Counted from the stretch's first letter, positions 20,350 through 30,861 are shown. The stretch is DNA of 64,000 bases from an uncultured candidate division Zixibacteria bacterium (GCA_963668625.2 CAXXKA010000004.1:64001-128000), one strand, 5' to 3'. Translations and numbers: made by a program. Notes: a model not told the origin generated them from the letters alone.

Positions 20350-21204
20350 ATGCCTGATACGATTTTAGTCACTGGAGCTACCGGTAATGTGGGTAGCGAA
20401 GTGATCAATCAACTTCAAAACACCGGCCACAAAATTAAAGCCGGTGTACGCGATTTGCAGAAGGCTAAAAATTTCGGCTGGCAAGATGTCGAGTTGGTCC
20501 AGTTCGATTACACTAATCCCGAGTCAATCGAGAAAGCTATGAGCGGTGTGACCAAAATGTTCCTGGTCTCCCCGCCTGTTCATGCGGGCAACGATGAGCT
20601 TCTTTTTCGCGCTATCGATACGGCCAAAAATAATGGGGTGAAACATATAGTCGATCTATCGGCGATGAACGCTGAGAAATCTGAAAACACCCTGCGCAAT
20701 ATCGAACTGCGCTTGATCAACTCAGGCGTCACCTATACGATCCTGCGGCCTAACTGGTTCATGCAGAATTTCGCTACTATGCTGCACGAGAGCATTATGC
20801 AGCAAAACGGAGTATATTTGCCTGCCGGAGAAGCTAAAACCAGTTTCATCGATATTCGCGATATCGCGGCTATCGCCGGTAAGGCGCTTACCGAACCCGG
20901 CCATGAGAACAAAGAGTATACCTTAACCGGCGCCGATTCGCTGACTCATCATGAGGTAGTCGATATCATCGGCAAGGTCTCCGGCAAGAGCTTGAGTTAT
21001 ACGGCTCTCGAAGAGAACACGGCTCGCGAGATGATGCTAGGCGCAGGCTGGCCGGAATCCAGCGTTGAGGGCATGCTTGCGCTTTACAGTGATGTTCGCG
21101 ACGGCAAGACAGAGCAAGTCTCGTCTGAGATTGAAAGCATTCTCGGCAGAAAGCCGATCACATTCAAAAGATTCGCCGAGGATTATTCGGACAAGTGGAA
21201 ATAA
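20350..21204 (+). CDS. NmrA-like atypical SDR oxidoreductase
   Basis: ILVTGATGNVG, YTILRPNWFMQN, SFIDIRDIA. Confidence 0.92.
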   Translation: MPDTILVTGATGNVGSEVINQLQNTGHKIKAGVRDLQKAKNFGWQDVELVQFDYTNPESIEKAMSGVTKMFLVSPPVHAGNDELLFRAIDTAKNNGVKHIVDLSAMNAEKSENTLRNIELRLINSGVTYTILRPNWFMQNFATMLHESIMQQNGVYLPAGEAKTSFIDIRDIAAIAGKALTEPGHENKEYTLTGADSLTHHEVVDIIGKVSGKSLSYTALEENTAREMMLGAGWPESSVEGMLALYSDVRDGKTEQVSSEIESILGRKPITFKRFAEDYSDKWK

Positions 21205-21328
21205 CCGGGCAGCAAATCGTTAATATCGAAAGCATTCAGAATATTCCTCGTGGTTGGGGTACGTCCTCGTACTCCAACCAGCATGCTTGTAGATGAAAGC
21301 CGAAAGCCTAGAAGAGATTGTCCGCCTG

Positions 21329-21618
21329 CCACAATGTCCGGTGTTTTTTCGGTAACTTTTATATTTCTCTTTGGAATTGTTAGTGAAAGGCATTTACTGA
21401 TTTAATTATTTTATTCAGCGTATCATGCATCCTGATATGTCCTGCTAATGTTAGGCTTAGTTCCCTGGTTTTCAAGCGCTGCCTGGAGACTTTCTTGAGT
21501 CATGTAAAATAGCATCTATGACGATACATTACTTCGCTCCGCTCGTAATGACTGCCCTCTGTTATATTTTCAACACGCCCAACGTTTCGCAACTAGAAGA
21601 AAAAGCCGGGCAGTAGAG
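21329..21618. mobile_element. Degenerate MITE copy with partly replaced interior
   Basis: TGTCCGGTGTTTTTTCGGTAA...GTATCATGCATCCTGATATG...CCGGGCAGTAG; interior contains ATTACTTCGCTCCGCTCGTAATGAC not present in other copies; ends approximate, no clear TSD. Confidence 0.75.
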
Positions 21619-21703
21619 ACTTCGATCAATTTATACATGTGACAACATTTGCTTCAATTAGTGTTTTTTCTATGGCAATCCTTATCATATTGATATACCC
21701 TGC

Positions 21704-21731
21704 TCAAGAATCAAAATCCAACACCCGATAT
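21704..21731 (+). promoter_or_regulatory. sigma28 (FliA)-like promoter of hemerythrin 1
   Basis: TCAAG-15-CCCGATAT. Confidence 0.5.
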
Positions 21732-21932
21732 CCAATAGGAAGCAATATTGTTTTCATAGCAAGGGGGATATATTGCCACTAGTTTATTGGAATGACAATC
21801 TTAGTGTGAAAATCGATTCGATGGACGAGCAGCACAAGAAACTGGTCGCTATCCTAAACGAATTGTATGATTTTCATGAACAACGCAAAAGCAAACAGGT
21901 GATAGAAAAGACATTGAAGAAACTAGTATCAT

Positions 21933-23260
21933 CATTACTGTCCCAACGTTTTGTTTTTGAGTTGCTGTAAGTAGATAACTGGCAAGGGATTTTAGCAAAA
22001 AATAGAATTTTTCGATTTGAACTTGGAAAGCCGATTTAGCCATACTTCCGAGGGGGGAACTCGGAAGGAGATGGCTGATGCATTCAGGCAAGATTCTTTT
22101 ATCGCAGCTTATGGACTTTGTCCCGAGATACGAATTTCTCAAATGTGTGGGACGTTACCGGGGCAATTACAAGATCAAAAGCTTTTCCTGCTGGGACCAA
22201 TATCTTTGCATGGCTTTTGCTCAGCTTACTTACCGAGAGAGTCTGCGGGATATCGAGGCTTGCCTGAGGGCGGCTCATGTTAAGCTTTATCATATGGGTA
22301 TCAGAGGCAAAGTATCACGCAATACTCTAGCTCATGCCAATGAGGTGAGGGATTATCGCATTTATGAGGATTTTACCAGGACACTTATCAGCACGGCCAG
22401 AGGGTTGTATGTTAACGAGCCTTTCGGAGTGGAATTGGAGCAGACTGTTTATGCTCTCGATTCGACTACCATCGATTTGTGTTTGTCTCTTTTCCCCTGG
22501 GCTGAATTCAGGCGAAGGAAGGGAGCTATAAAGATGCACACTCTTCTGGATTTGCGCGGCAATATACCCAGCATGGTAATTGTTACTCCCGGAAAGGTTC
22601 ATGATGTAAATATCCTGGATAATCTGATGGTGGAAGCCGGCGCGATTTATATTCTGGACAAGGCTTATATAGATTATGCTCGTCTATACGGCATTCACAA
22701 ATCTCTGGCATTTTTTGTAACTCGTGCCAAGAAGAACTTCAACTACAGACGCCTTTACTCTCATCCCAAGAATGTAAAAGCCGGAATAAGAAGTGACCAG
22801 ACGGTTATGCTTAAAGGTTATTATGCCGGATTAGATTATCCTGAGAAGCTCAGACGCATAAGTTATATTGATCAGATATTGGACAAACGCTTTATCTTTC
22901 TGACCAATAACTTTGATTTACCGGCAATAACAATTGCTGAACTATATCGCTGTCGTTGGCAGGTGGAACTGTTCTTCAAATGGATTAAAAGCCATCTCAG
23001 GATAAAGAAGTTTTTCGGGCTATCAGACAATGCAGTCAAGACTCAGATATGGATAGCAATCAGCATCTATGTGCTGGTAGCGATAGTGAAGAAACGTTTA
23101 AATCTTAGAGCGAGCTTATATCAAATTCTACAGATTTTAAGCGTTACCCTGTTTGAGAAAATCCCTATAGAACAAGCACTTAGCGATATTGATACGGAAG
23201 AAATTATAACCGAAATCCCTAACCAATTGAAACTATTCAACTAACGTTGGGACAGTAGTG
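21933..23260 (+). mobile_element. IS4-family element, copy B (1328 bp)
   Basis: TIRs CATTACTGTCCCAACGTT / AACGTTGGGACAGTAGTG; TSD TAGTATCAT (21924-21932) / TGGTATCAT (23261-23269). Confidence 0.95.
22078..23244 (+). CDS. IS4-family DDE transposase
   Basis: Identical to 8903..10069 except IEQGL vs IEQAL. Confidence 0.95.
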   Translation: MHSGKILLSQLMDFVPRYEFLKCVGRYRGNYKIKSFSCWDQYLCMAFAQLTYRESLRDIEACLRAAHVKLYHMGIRGKVSRNTLAHANEVRDYRIYEDFTRTLISTARGLYVNEPFGVELEQTVYALDSTTIDLCLSLFPWAEFRRRKGAIKMHTLLDLRGNIPSMVIVTPGKVHDVNILDNLMVEAGAIYILDKAYIDYARLYGIHKSLAFFVTRAKKNFNYRRLYSHPKNVKAGIRSDQTVMLKGYYAGLDYPEKLRRISYIDQILDKRFIFLTNNFDLPAITIAELYRCRWQVELFFKWIKSHLRIKKFFGLSDNAVKTQIWIAISIYVLVAIVKKRLNLRASLYQILQILSVTLFEKIPIEQALSDIDTEEIITEIPNQLKLFN

Positions 23261-23559
23261 TGGTATCATATATTCAAACTCACTTTTCCTCCGAGGAAAA
23301 ATTAATGGGAGAGGCGAAATATCCCCAACTCGCGGAACATATAACCAAACACAAGAAATTGACTATCAAGGTAGTCGAGTTCATTGAAAGGTTCAATAAA
23401 TTCGAAACTGTTAATACCGCTGATTTGTTGAAATTCCTGCAGGAGTGGCTGTTAAAACATATTGCCATGGAGGACAAACAATACGGAATGTATATCAACC
23501 AGCAACAGAAAGCAAAACCTAGCATGCACTGAGTATTCAACGAATAATACCACCATTAA

Positions 23560-23660
23560 TGTCGGGATTCTCCATTCACTCCCCCAGGAATTATTGAAAA
23601 AGTCAGCTCCAGGAGTCGCCGGGCGGACGAAGTCCTTTGTTCATCCTTTCCTTTCTGCCC
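23560..23660. repeat. REP-like dispersed repeat (also ~58990-59050 inverted, ~60740-60790)
   Basis: TTGAAAAAGTCA...GAGTCGCCGGGCGGACGAAGTCCTTTGTTCATCCTTTCC shared. Confidence 0.65.
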
Positions 23661-23709
23661 AATGAATTTTTCAATAACCCAGAATCCGTGCTCCAATATG
23701 GTTATATGA

Positions 23710-23823
23710 ATGGGTAAAACACTAAAAAGCCTTATCGACTATACCAGAACTCATTTCTCGAACGAGGATATGAAATACGCGAAGTATATTTCCCAGAAAC
23801 AGAAAGAGAAAGTCACGGCCTGA
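23710..23823 (+). pseudogene. Hemerythrin remnant with internal deletion
   Basis: Translates MGKTLKSLIDYTRTHFSNE-DMKYAKYISQKQKEKVTA; matches MDKTLKSLVAYTRTHFLAE and EDMYYGKFI...EKVKA of 24034..24453 with the middle missing. Confidence 0.75.
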
Positions 23824-23962
23824 TCGTATAAAAACATTCTGTCGAAAAACCGCCGAATCGCCAAATTCTGTAGTTGATCCCAATGGTAATGGTATAAAAG
23901 TTATTATCTCCAGTCTTATTCATATCCAACGGGTAAGATAACGGCAAACTCAATCGGATAAT

Positions 23963-23989
23963 TCAAGAGTCATTTCTATCTCCCGATAT
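23963..23989 (+). promoter_or_regulatory. sigma28-like promoter of the intact hemerythrin
   Basis: TCAAG-14-CCCGATAT. Confidence 0.55.
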
Positions 23990-24033
23990 TCTGCATTATA
24001 AAATCAAACTAACTATTTATCAGGGAGGCATAG

Positions 24034-24453
24034 ATGGCATTTATCGATTGGAATGAAAGTTACAGCGTTCAAATCGTATCTATGGATGATCAGCATAAAA
24101 AGCTAGTGGCAATAATCAACGAGCTTCACGAACATCAAAAACAGGGCAAAAGTAAAGAGGTCATGGATAAAACACTAAAAAGTCTAGTCGCCTATACCCG
24201 AACTCACTTTTTGGCCGAGGAAAAAGTCATGGAGCAAGCTAATTACCCTAAATTGGCCGATCATAAACAAAACCATCAGAAATTGATCAGCAATGTTTCG
24301 GATTATCTGAAAAAGTACCAGGCCGGTGAATCTATCACCGCTATCGGCTTGCTCAAGTTCCTTCATGACTGGCTATTAAAGCATATAGTACAGGAGGATA
24401 TGTATTATGGTAAGTTCATAACCAATAACGAGAAAGTTAAAGCAAACGTGTAA
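24034..24453 (+). CDS. Bacteriohemerythrin (intact)
   Basis: All di-iron ligands present: H, HxxxE, HxxxH, HxxxxD; GGAGG RBS. Confidence 0.95.
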   Translation: MAFIDWNESYSVQIVSMDDQHKKLVAIINELHEHQKQGKSKEVMDKTLKSLVAYTRTHFLAEEKVMEQANYPKLADHKQNHQKLISNVSDYLKKYQAGESITAIGLLKFLHDWLLKHIVQEDMYYGKFITNNEKVKANV

Positions 24454-24473
24454 GCATGAGAAGACATATTTTT

Positions 24474-24508
24474 AAAACGCCGGGTCGAATGATTCGGCGT
24501 TTATTTTT
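24474..24508 (+). terminator. Intrinsic terminator
   Basis: AAACGCCGGGTC-GAAT-GATTCGGCGTTT followed by a T-run. Confidence 0.7.
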
Positions 24509-24531
24509 GCTTTCAGCTTATTGCAATATAT

Positions 24532-24785
24532 CACGAGTGTCCGGTGTTTTTCGGTAAATTTTAAATTTCTCCTTGGAATTGTTAGTGAAAAATATTTTCC
24601 GATATAATTATATATTCAGCGTATCATGCATCCTGATATGTCCTGCTAATGTTAGGCTTAGTTCCCTGGTTTCCAAGCGCTGCCTGGAAACCTTCTTTAA
24701 TCATGTAGAATAGGCATTCTGGCAGCAGACAAGCCATGTTGCGAAGCAGCGCTTCGCAATGAGATGGAAAGACCGGACAGTAGTG
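24532..24785. mobile_element. MITE copy (inverted relative to 752..1006)
   Basis: CACGAGTGTCCGG / CCGGACAGTAGTG; TSD GCAATATAT / ACAATATAT (8 of 9). Confidence 0.88.
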
Positions 24786-25135
24786 ACAATATATAAAAAC
24801 TCAATCCCGAGATTTGATTGATAAAATCCCGGATATATCCTCGAAACATAAAAGGTCTGAAAATGGCGTGTATAAAACCATTCGCATACCCCTTAATACT
24901 TTATCATCACAATGTTACGGTTTCCGGGGAATCGGCTAGATACGATAAAATCATATAAGTTATTGCCTTTTAGAAACATCAGGGCATTAAAATGTGTTAA
25001 TATCCTCCAGAAACTTAATAAACCACTTGACGTATAACAGTTATTGCGTTTTTATCAGGGTAATCGCCAATTCGGGCTTTTTGCCCGATTTTTTAATTTG
25101 ACGGGGGCTTGAGGATTATATTGGAGGATCAATAA

Positions 25136-25792
25136 ATGAAGATAACCATCTTGGGTACAGGCAACGTGGGCAGCTCTCTGGGCAAGAGATGGTCTGATAA
25201 AGGACATGAAATAACTTATGGCGCGCGGAATCCCGAAAGTGACAGGGTAAAAGACCTGCTCAACGATTCGCAAAACGGCACGAGAGCTCTAACCATGAGC
25301 AAAGCCGCAGATGGAGCCGACGTGGTCGTGTTGGCCACGCCCTGGTCATCGGCGGAGGTTACGCTCGATCAAGTAGGCAGCCTCGAGGGCAAGATTCTTG
25401 TAGATGCCACCAATCCCCTGGCCGAGGGTTTGAGCGGCTTATCGATAGACCCTGAAACCTCCGCCGGCGAGATGATCTCCCAGTGGTGCCCCGGCGCGAA
25501 AGTGGTCAAGGCTTTTAATGTTGCCGGTACGGGTGGTATGATTAATCGGATTAGCAATGACCAGAGATTGACCATGCCTATCTGCGGAAACAACGACGAG
25601 GCGAAAAAACTGGTGTCCTCGCTGGCCGAGGAGATAGATATTGATATTTACGATGCCGGTGATATCACGATGGCTCGTTACATCGAACCGATGATAATGT
25701 TGTGGATCACCCTGGCCTATAAGCAAGGTATCGCACCTAACCAGGCATTCGAGATGATAAAACAAAAAGTCGAGGAAGGCGAGGCCGCTTAA
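25136..25792 (+). CDS. NADPH-dependent F420-reductase-family (dinucleotide-binding) oxidoreductase
   Basis: ILGTGNVG, DVVVLATPW, GKILVDATNP, VVKAFN. Confidence 0.88.
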   Translation: MKITILGTGNVGSSLGKRWSDKGHEITYGARNPESDRVKDLLNDSQNGTRALTMSKAADGADVVVLATPWSSAEVTLDQVGSLEGKILVDATNPLAEGLSGLSIDPETSAGEMISQWCPGAKVVKAFNVAGTGGMINRISNDQRLTMPICGNNDEAKKLVSSLAEEIDIDIYDAGDITMARYIEPMIMLWITLAYKQGIAPNQAFEMIKQKVEEGEAA

Positions 25793-25905
25793 GCTTTCGA
25801 ATAGTTTGCCCGGTAAATTAATACGGTAAGAGATTTTCACGGGGACATCCGATTGAATGTCCCTGTTTTTTTAAGCTACAAATAAGAGTATTGAGGATTA
25901 GAGTA

Positions 25906-26742
25906 ATGACTCAACATGATAACCTGCAATCTCTGATGGACTACGCCCCGGATATAAATTCACCCTGGGATGGTAGTTATAAAATACCCTGGAATGACCC
26001 CGAATTCAGCGCCCGCATGCTCAAGGAGCATCTCTCACAAAGCCACGATCTGGCAAGCCGTCGATCCAGCTATATAGATGAGCAGGTGAAATGGATATAT
26101 GAGACGTTCTGTAAATCGCAGCCATGCAAAATACTCGATCTGGGTTGCGGTCCCGGGCTTTATCTCAAGAATTTCATAATACGCGATTGTTCGGGTAAGG
26201 GAATCGATTTCTCCCCCGCCTCGATCGAGTATGCTAATAAGCTGGTAAAAGACGGCGCTTTGTTCGTTTGCAATGATATCCGTAAGGCTGAATTTGGCGA
26301 GGGTTATGATCTCGTTTACATGATATACGGCGAATTCAACGTTTTTTCGCCGGATGAGATCGCGCTCATACTGGATAAAGCCCACGCTGCTTTAAATGAT
26401 GGCGGAACATTACTGATCGAGCCACATACGTTCGAGGCCGTAAGGCGAATCGGTGAGGCACAGGACACATGGTATAAGATGCCCTCAGGTTTGTTCTCCG
26501 CCAGGCCCCATGTCTGCCTCATCGATAATCACTGGAATGATGAGTTGAAAGTGGCTCTGCAGTATTTTCATATAATAGATATCGAATCGGGCACTGTAAA
26601 TCATCACAGAAGCACCACTAAAGCCTGGGATGAGGACGAATATCGTCAGTTGTTGAAAAACGCCGGATTCAAGAATATCGTTAAAGAGGATGATTGGGAA
26701 TCCAATAACAGCGATTTGTTCATGTTAAGCGCCTTGAAATAG
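25906..26742 (+). CDS. Class I SAM-dependent methyltransferase
   Basis: ILDLGCGPGLY, GIDFSPASI; ATG 25906 preferred over TTG 25891. Confidence 0.92.
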   Translation: MTQHDNLQSLMDYAPDINSPWDGSYKIPWNDPEFSARMLKEHLSQSHDLASRRSSYIDEQVKWIYETFCKSQPCKILDLGCGPGLYLKNFIIRDCSGKGIDFSPASIEYANKLVKDGALFVCNDIRKAEFGEGYDLVYMIYGEFNVFSPDEIALILDKAHAALNDGGTLLIEPHTFEAVRRIGEAQDTWYKMPSGLFSARPHVCLIDNHWNDELKVALQYFHIIDIESGTVNHHRSTTKAWDEDEYRQLLKNAGFKNIVKEDDWESNNSDLFMLSALK

Positions 26743-26929
26743 AATCAATCAGATCGCAAGATCATTCGGCAGTAAGTACGTTCTATTTGCTTGATTGCAA
26801 CGATATAGTATCCCTATAAAGGGATTGTTAAAAACCTCAATGAGGCGATAATAATCCTACCTGCTACGGGCTATCATACATTATTACAACTATAACAATT
26901 AGGTGAATTCAACCTGAACTATCAGTTAT

Positions 26930-27811
26930 CTATTTGAATTCCCTTTCATAGCCGCTTATCCTATCACTTATTTTGAATCCCACCCGTTCGTATAGCCGTC
27001 TGGCCGGGTTATCCTCATAAACGGTCAGGTTGATCTCGTTTATTTTATCGAATGAAAACACGTACTCGATACCTTTCGATAACAACGCCTGCCCCAGTCC
27101 GCTGCCTCGGCTATCGGGATGCACGCCGATAAATTCGAGATTGGCCACACCGAATTCCGGCTGCGGCTCGACATATATATAACCGGAGACAGGATTATTA
27201 ACAAACACCTTCCGTATATCGTTGCATCTCCCGATTATGTCCTCCCCGCTGTAATAGGTGCCGGGGAACGTCCGGTCATGAAGATCGCGAAAATCATCCT
27301 CATATTCCCCGGTCAGTTCGACAATATGCGAGTGTTCACAGGGAATGAATTCCGATTGCTTAAGCTGAAGTATCAGTCCGGCCGTACCCAGGGGCTTAAA
27401 ACCATGTTTACCGGCAAACTCGATACCGTTGGTGTTCAGGGCGTTCATGCTCATCATCATGCATGTTATACTAGATGGCAGTGTCTTTTCGACTTCCCCC
27501 CAGAGCATCTCGGCTATCTCATGCCAATTATCATGCTTGATAAACGGCCCGAGCGAATACATGTAACCTTTCTCGTTATCATAGTCGAGCCCCCAAACAG
27601 CGATTAGATTGTCATTTTCGTACGCCAGATGGAATCCCTCGGTGGCCGGCATATCAAGTAAATCATCTTTAATGAAATACTCTATCTCATCGGGGTTAAT
27701 ACCCAGGTCGGTAAAGTTATGTTCCTTGCGCGAGTTCATCATGGCAATGAATCGTGCCACCGGTCGGAAATCGTCCGCAGTGAGTTTCTTTATTGTAACA
27801 GGCATAAGCAT
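26930..27811 (-). CDS. Tandem GNAT acetyltransferase
   Basis: GVHPDSRGSGLG, NPARRLYERVGF; degenerate N-terminal GNAT half. Confidence 0.88.
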   Translation of the reverse strand: MLMPVTIKKLTADDFRPVARFIAMMNSRKEHNFTDLGINPDEIEYFIKDDLLDMPATEGFHLAYENDNLIAVWGLDYDNEKGYMYSLGPFIKHDNWHEIAEMLWGEVEKTLPSSITCMMMSMNALNTNGIEFAGKHGFKPLGTAGLILQLKQSEFIPCEHSHIVELTGEYEDDFRDLHDRTFPGTYYSGEDIIGRCNDIRKVFVNNPVSGYIYVEPQPEFGVANLEFIGVHPDSRGSGLGQALLSKGIEYVFSFDKINEINLTVYEDNPARRLYERVGFKISDRISGYEREFK

Positions 27812-28200
27812 CTACTCTTCTTTTGTTTAACATGCATGTCTAGTTTCTTGGCTTACTCCTCTTCGCTATGGCGCACCAACCTATATCTGATACATGCAAA
27901 CGCATTTGTTATTTTATACTCGGGTTAGTTCGCGATTGGACAGACACGCCCAGAGGAGGTTAGACCTGTTTGCTTACAGGTATTAGCAGAGAATCACATC
28001 AGCAAACAGATTGCTTCGTATGCTCCGCTTCCTCGCAATGACTGCCATGATTATTGGTCGGGGTACGTCCTCGCTTGCCCAGGCGGTGCCCCATGCAAAT
28101 AAACCCGGCAGAGGAAGGCGGCCGCCGGCCACGAATCTTTACGCTTACAAAAAGGCTCAACAGGTTGAGCTACTCTGATGAAATAAATCATGCCATCGGC

Positions 28201-28704
28201 TTAAATTTCCGGGGGTTTGCTGCCGTACTTATCCCACTCATCATAAGAGGGCCCATACATTCCCGGCAATTTCAAACCGGCCTGGCGCATCAATACCGTC
28301 ATCTGGGCGCGGTGATGGATTTCGTGCACTACTGCCATCCACAGGCCGAAACCGTTGGTGAATTTCTGGCCGTAGAGTTCGACCTCCTCGGCGAGTTTGG
28401 CGTCGTCCCAATCGGCTGAGACAGCTTTATCGAGCGTGGTGGCGGCTTTATCGTACGTATCGAGAATCTCTTTTGCTGTAGATGGTACGGGCGTGTTCTC
28501 CGGCGGGCATTCTACTTTCAGGCCCAGGCCATTGCCCAGTTCGCCCAGAGTTAGCACTATATGCCAGGCTATACGGCCAAGCGTACGATGATCATCCGTT
28601 ATCTGCTGAGATAAGCTTTCATCGGTTAACGCAGCCATCATCTTATAGGTACCGCCTGATTCCTGTTTCCAGGCGCCGGTAAACTGATTGATTGTTAAAA
28701 ACAT
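28201..28704 (-). CDS. DinB-family protein
   Basis: RTLGRIAWHI, HEIHHRAQMTVLMRQAGL. Confidence 0.92.
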   Translation of the reverse strand: MFLTINQFTGAWKQESGGTYKMMAALTDESLSQQITDDHRTLGRIAWHIVLTLGELGNGLGLKVECPPENTPVPSTAKEILDTYDKAATTLDKAVSADWDDAKLAEEVELYGQKFTNGFGLWMAVVHEIHHRAQMTVLMRQAGLKLPGMYGPSYDEWDKYGSKPPEI

Positions 28705-28948
28705 TAATTCTCCCTTTCCGTGACATGTCGCAACTGCCGGACAGGTATGGATTGCTAGCCCTTATGAATCCGGCTTCGCTATTATTTCAGTGATTTTCAG
28801 ATCATTTTATATTTGACTGATACGGTTTGATAATATATTTGTTGCTGAATAGCAAATATAAAAACAGCCGAACGAATACGTTTGTTAATGCAATCGATAA
28901 TACATCCGGTCTTTTCTGTTTGCTAATCGGATGATCGTGTGAATTATA

Positions 28949-29500
28949 TCATCCGCAATCCCGCGATTTAGTTACCCACAGTTTTGCCAGAATCGGTAGC
29001 GCGATGATCTGTATAATGGCCGCCGGGATACCGGGAATCAGCGCGGCTTTAAAATAGGTAGTGAACCCACCTGCCGCCGTTACTGTTGCCAATACAGTCG
29101 CAGCAAAAAACAGCCGCCCGGCCAGCACTGCAATTATCACACTGAGAAAGCCGTTAAACGCGAATTTCTCACGGAGCAAACCGGCGACAAAGCCATAAAC
29201 AGCCAGCTCGACTGTCATCGCCGGAATTATACCGGGAAACGGCATACCTGAGATCATATTGCTGGCGATAGGCGCCAACAGACCTACTATTGCGCCGCCT
29301 CTCCAGCCAAACACGAGTCCGGCGAGGATAACAGGCCAATGCATCGGTAACAGAATACGTACAGGCGCGCCGGAAATATGAGCTATGGCCGGTAGCAACG
29401 CCGCTGCAGCCACCAGTAGTATTTGCATTATTATCGAGCGAGCTCCCCAGAAAGTTAGAGTTGGCGCCGGGACAGCTATGGCAGTTTCTTTATTTTGCAT
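28949..29500 (-). CDS. ECF transporter S component
   Basis: LLPMHWPVILAGLVFG, MTVELAVYG; ~6 TM. Confidence 0.85.
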   Translation of the reverse strand: MQNKETAIAVPAPTLTFWGARSIIMQILLVAAAALLPAIAHISGAPVRILLPMHWPVILAGLVFGWRGGAIVGLLAPIASNMISGMPFPGIIPAMTVELAVYGFVAGLLREKFAFNGFLSVIIAVLAGRLFFAATVLATVTAAGGFTTYFKAALIPGIPAAIIQIIALPILAKLWVTKSRDCG

Positions 29501-29624
29501 ATTTTTCCTCCGCTAAATTTTAATGATTATTCGATCCAACATATTTTTACATACGTTAATACGATATGTTGGTTTCAGGATGCAAGGATATTTGAGTCTT
29601 CGGTTATGAAATTGCAATAATTGT

Positions 29625-29925
29625 AGTAGGTCAAGCCCACTCGGGGCTTGACTAAACCGCGCTGATATTACGAACGTGATTAGCATGTATTGGTAGAATG
29701 TTGGACTACACATACCTCAGGATGGAAGGAACGACATACTGAGGTTGGTATTAATATCATTTCCAGTAAAAAGCTTCTGTCATTCACACGGAAGTGGGAA
29801 TCTGTTCATTTTATCTCGAAGGTATATAAACGAGATCCCCGTTTTCACGGGGATGACAACTTTCCACTGAGCAGGAAGGAATCCTTTCCTTCCTGCTGTT
29901 TTCATGCAGAATGTCGCCGGGTAAG
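29625..29925. repeat. REP-like mosaic
   Basis: GTAGGTCAAGCCCACTCGGGGCTTGAC (cf. 4261, 7689); GTCATTCACACGGAAGTGGGAATC...GATCCCCGTTTTCACGGGGATGAC; AGCAGGAAGGAATCCTTTCCTTCCTGCT (cf. ~4492-4520). Confidence 0.7.
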
Positions 29926-29966
29926 GATAAAAATATTCGTCCGCCCTGCACTTTTGAATACGGATC

Positions 29967-30731
29967 CTACCCTATCTCCCTGTCAGCCGGGCCGTCATAT
30001 TCGTAATCGGAGAGGCCGAGCTTGCGCATCGGTTTATAACGGGTCAGCTCCTCATAGGCGTGGGCCACTAGCCCGGCGCATCTAGAGATGATGAAAAAGC
30101 CCTTGCCGACACGATAGTCGAATCCCATGTCGGACATCACCGCGCCGATTGCGCCATCGACATTAATAGGTAATTTCTTGCCGGAACTGGTGACCATCTT
30201 CTCCTGCAGCGCTTTGGCCAATTCGATATGCTTACCGCTGTAGTTGTTCTTCTGGGCGATCTCGAACAGCTTAACCGTACGCGGATCGACATTGTGCAGG
30301 CGATGGCCGAAGCCGGGCATGCGCATCCTGGTTTGCTTAATATGCGCGATGAGTTGGTCGGCGACCTCGTTCATATTATCACCTTTGGCGGCCCACTCCT
30401 GCAGGATTCTGGCGCATTGCTCCATCGCGCCGCCATGCGATTCGCCTATTGTAAGTATGCCGCCGGCGATACAGGCATTAAGCGGATTACCACCCGAGGC
30501 AACGACTCGGGTCGCCAGCGAGGAGGGCGGCGTTGTGCCGTGGTCTACCGAGGAGACGAGAATAGCCTCCATCATCTTGGCCTCGGCAGGAGTGGGCAAC
30601 TCGCCTTTCAGAAGCAAGAATAGCGTTTCGGCGAAAGTCTTCTTCTCCATTAACTCTACTACATCGTAGCCTTTTACCCTGATATTGCCCGGTTCAATTT
30701 TCGTAATTGATGTTTTCGGCGTTTCTGACAT
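29967..30731 (-). CDS. Citryl-CoA lyase (citrate-synthase fold)
   Basis: SVDHGTTPPS, HGGA, PGFGHRLH..DPR, LPINVDGAIG; RBS GAAGGAG before ATG 30731. Confidence 0.82.
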   Translation of the reverse strand: MSETPKTSITKIEPGNIRVKGYDVVELMEKKTFAETLFLLLKGELPTPAEAKMMEAILVSSVDHGTTPPSSLATRVVASGGNPLNACIAGGILTIGESHGGAMEQCARILQEWAAKGDNMNEVADQLIAHIKQTRMRMPGFGHRLHNVDPRTVKLFEIAQKNNYSGKHIELAKALQEKMVTSSGKKLPINVDGAIGAVMSDMGFDYRVGKGFFIISRCAGLVAHAYEELTRYKPMRKLGLSDYEYDGPADREIG

Positions 30732-30861
30732 AGGTCTCTCCTTCGGTAATATTGAATTTCGTATAAATTTGAACATCAAAATCCACAAGTCAATGGAAAT
30801 ATTAGCAAAAATGACGATTAAATAAATAAATACGGGTTAGAATCTCGACAACGGAGGAATC

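Larger units (their letters stand above)
21773..23532 (+). pseudogene. Bacteriohemerythrin interrupted by IS4
   Basis: 5' half W...SV...MDEQHKKL...KKLVS; 3' half YIQTHFSSEE...YP...HITKH...WLLKHIAMED; the halves join in frame if the IS and one TSD are removed. Confidence 0.92.
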
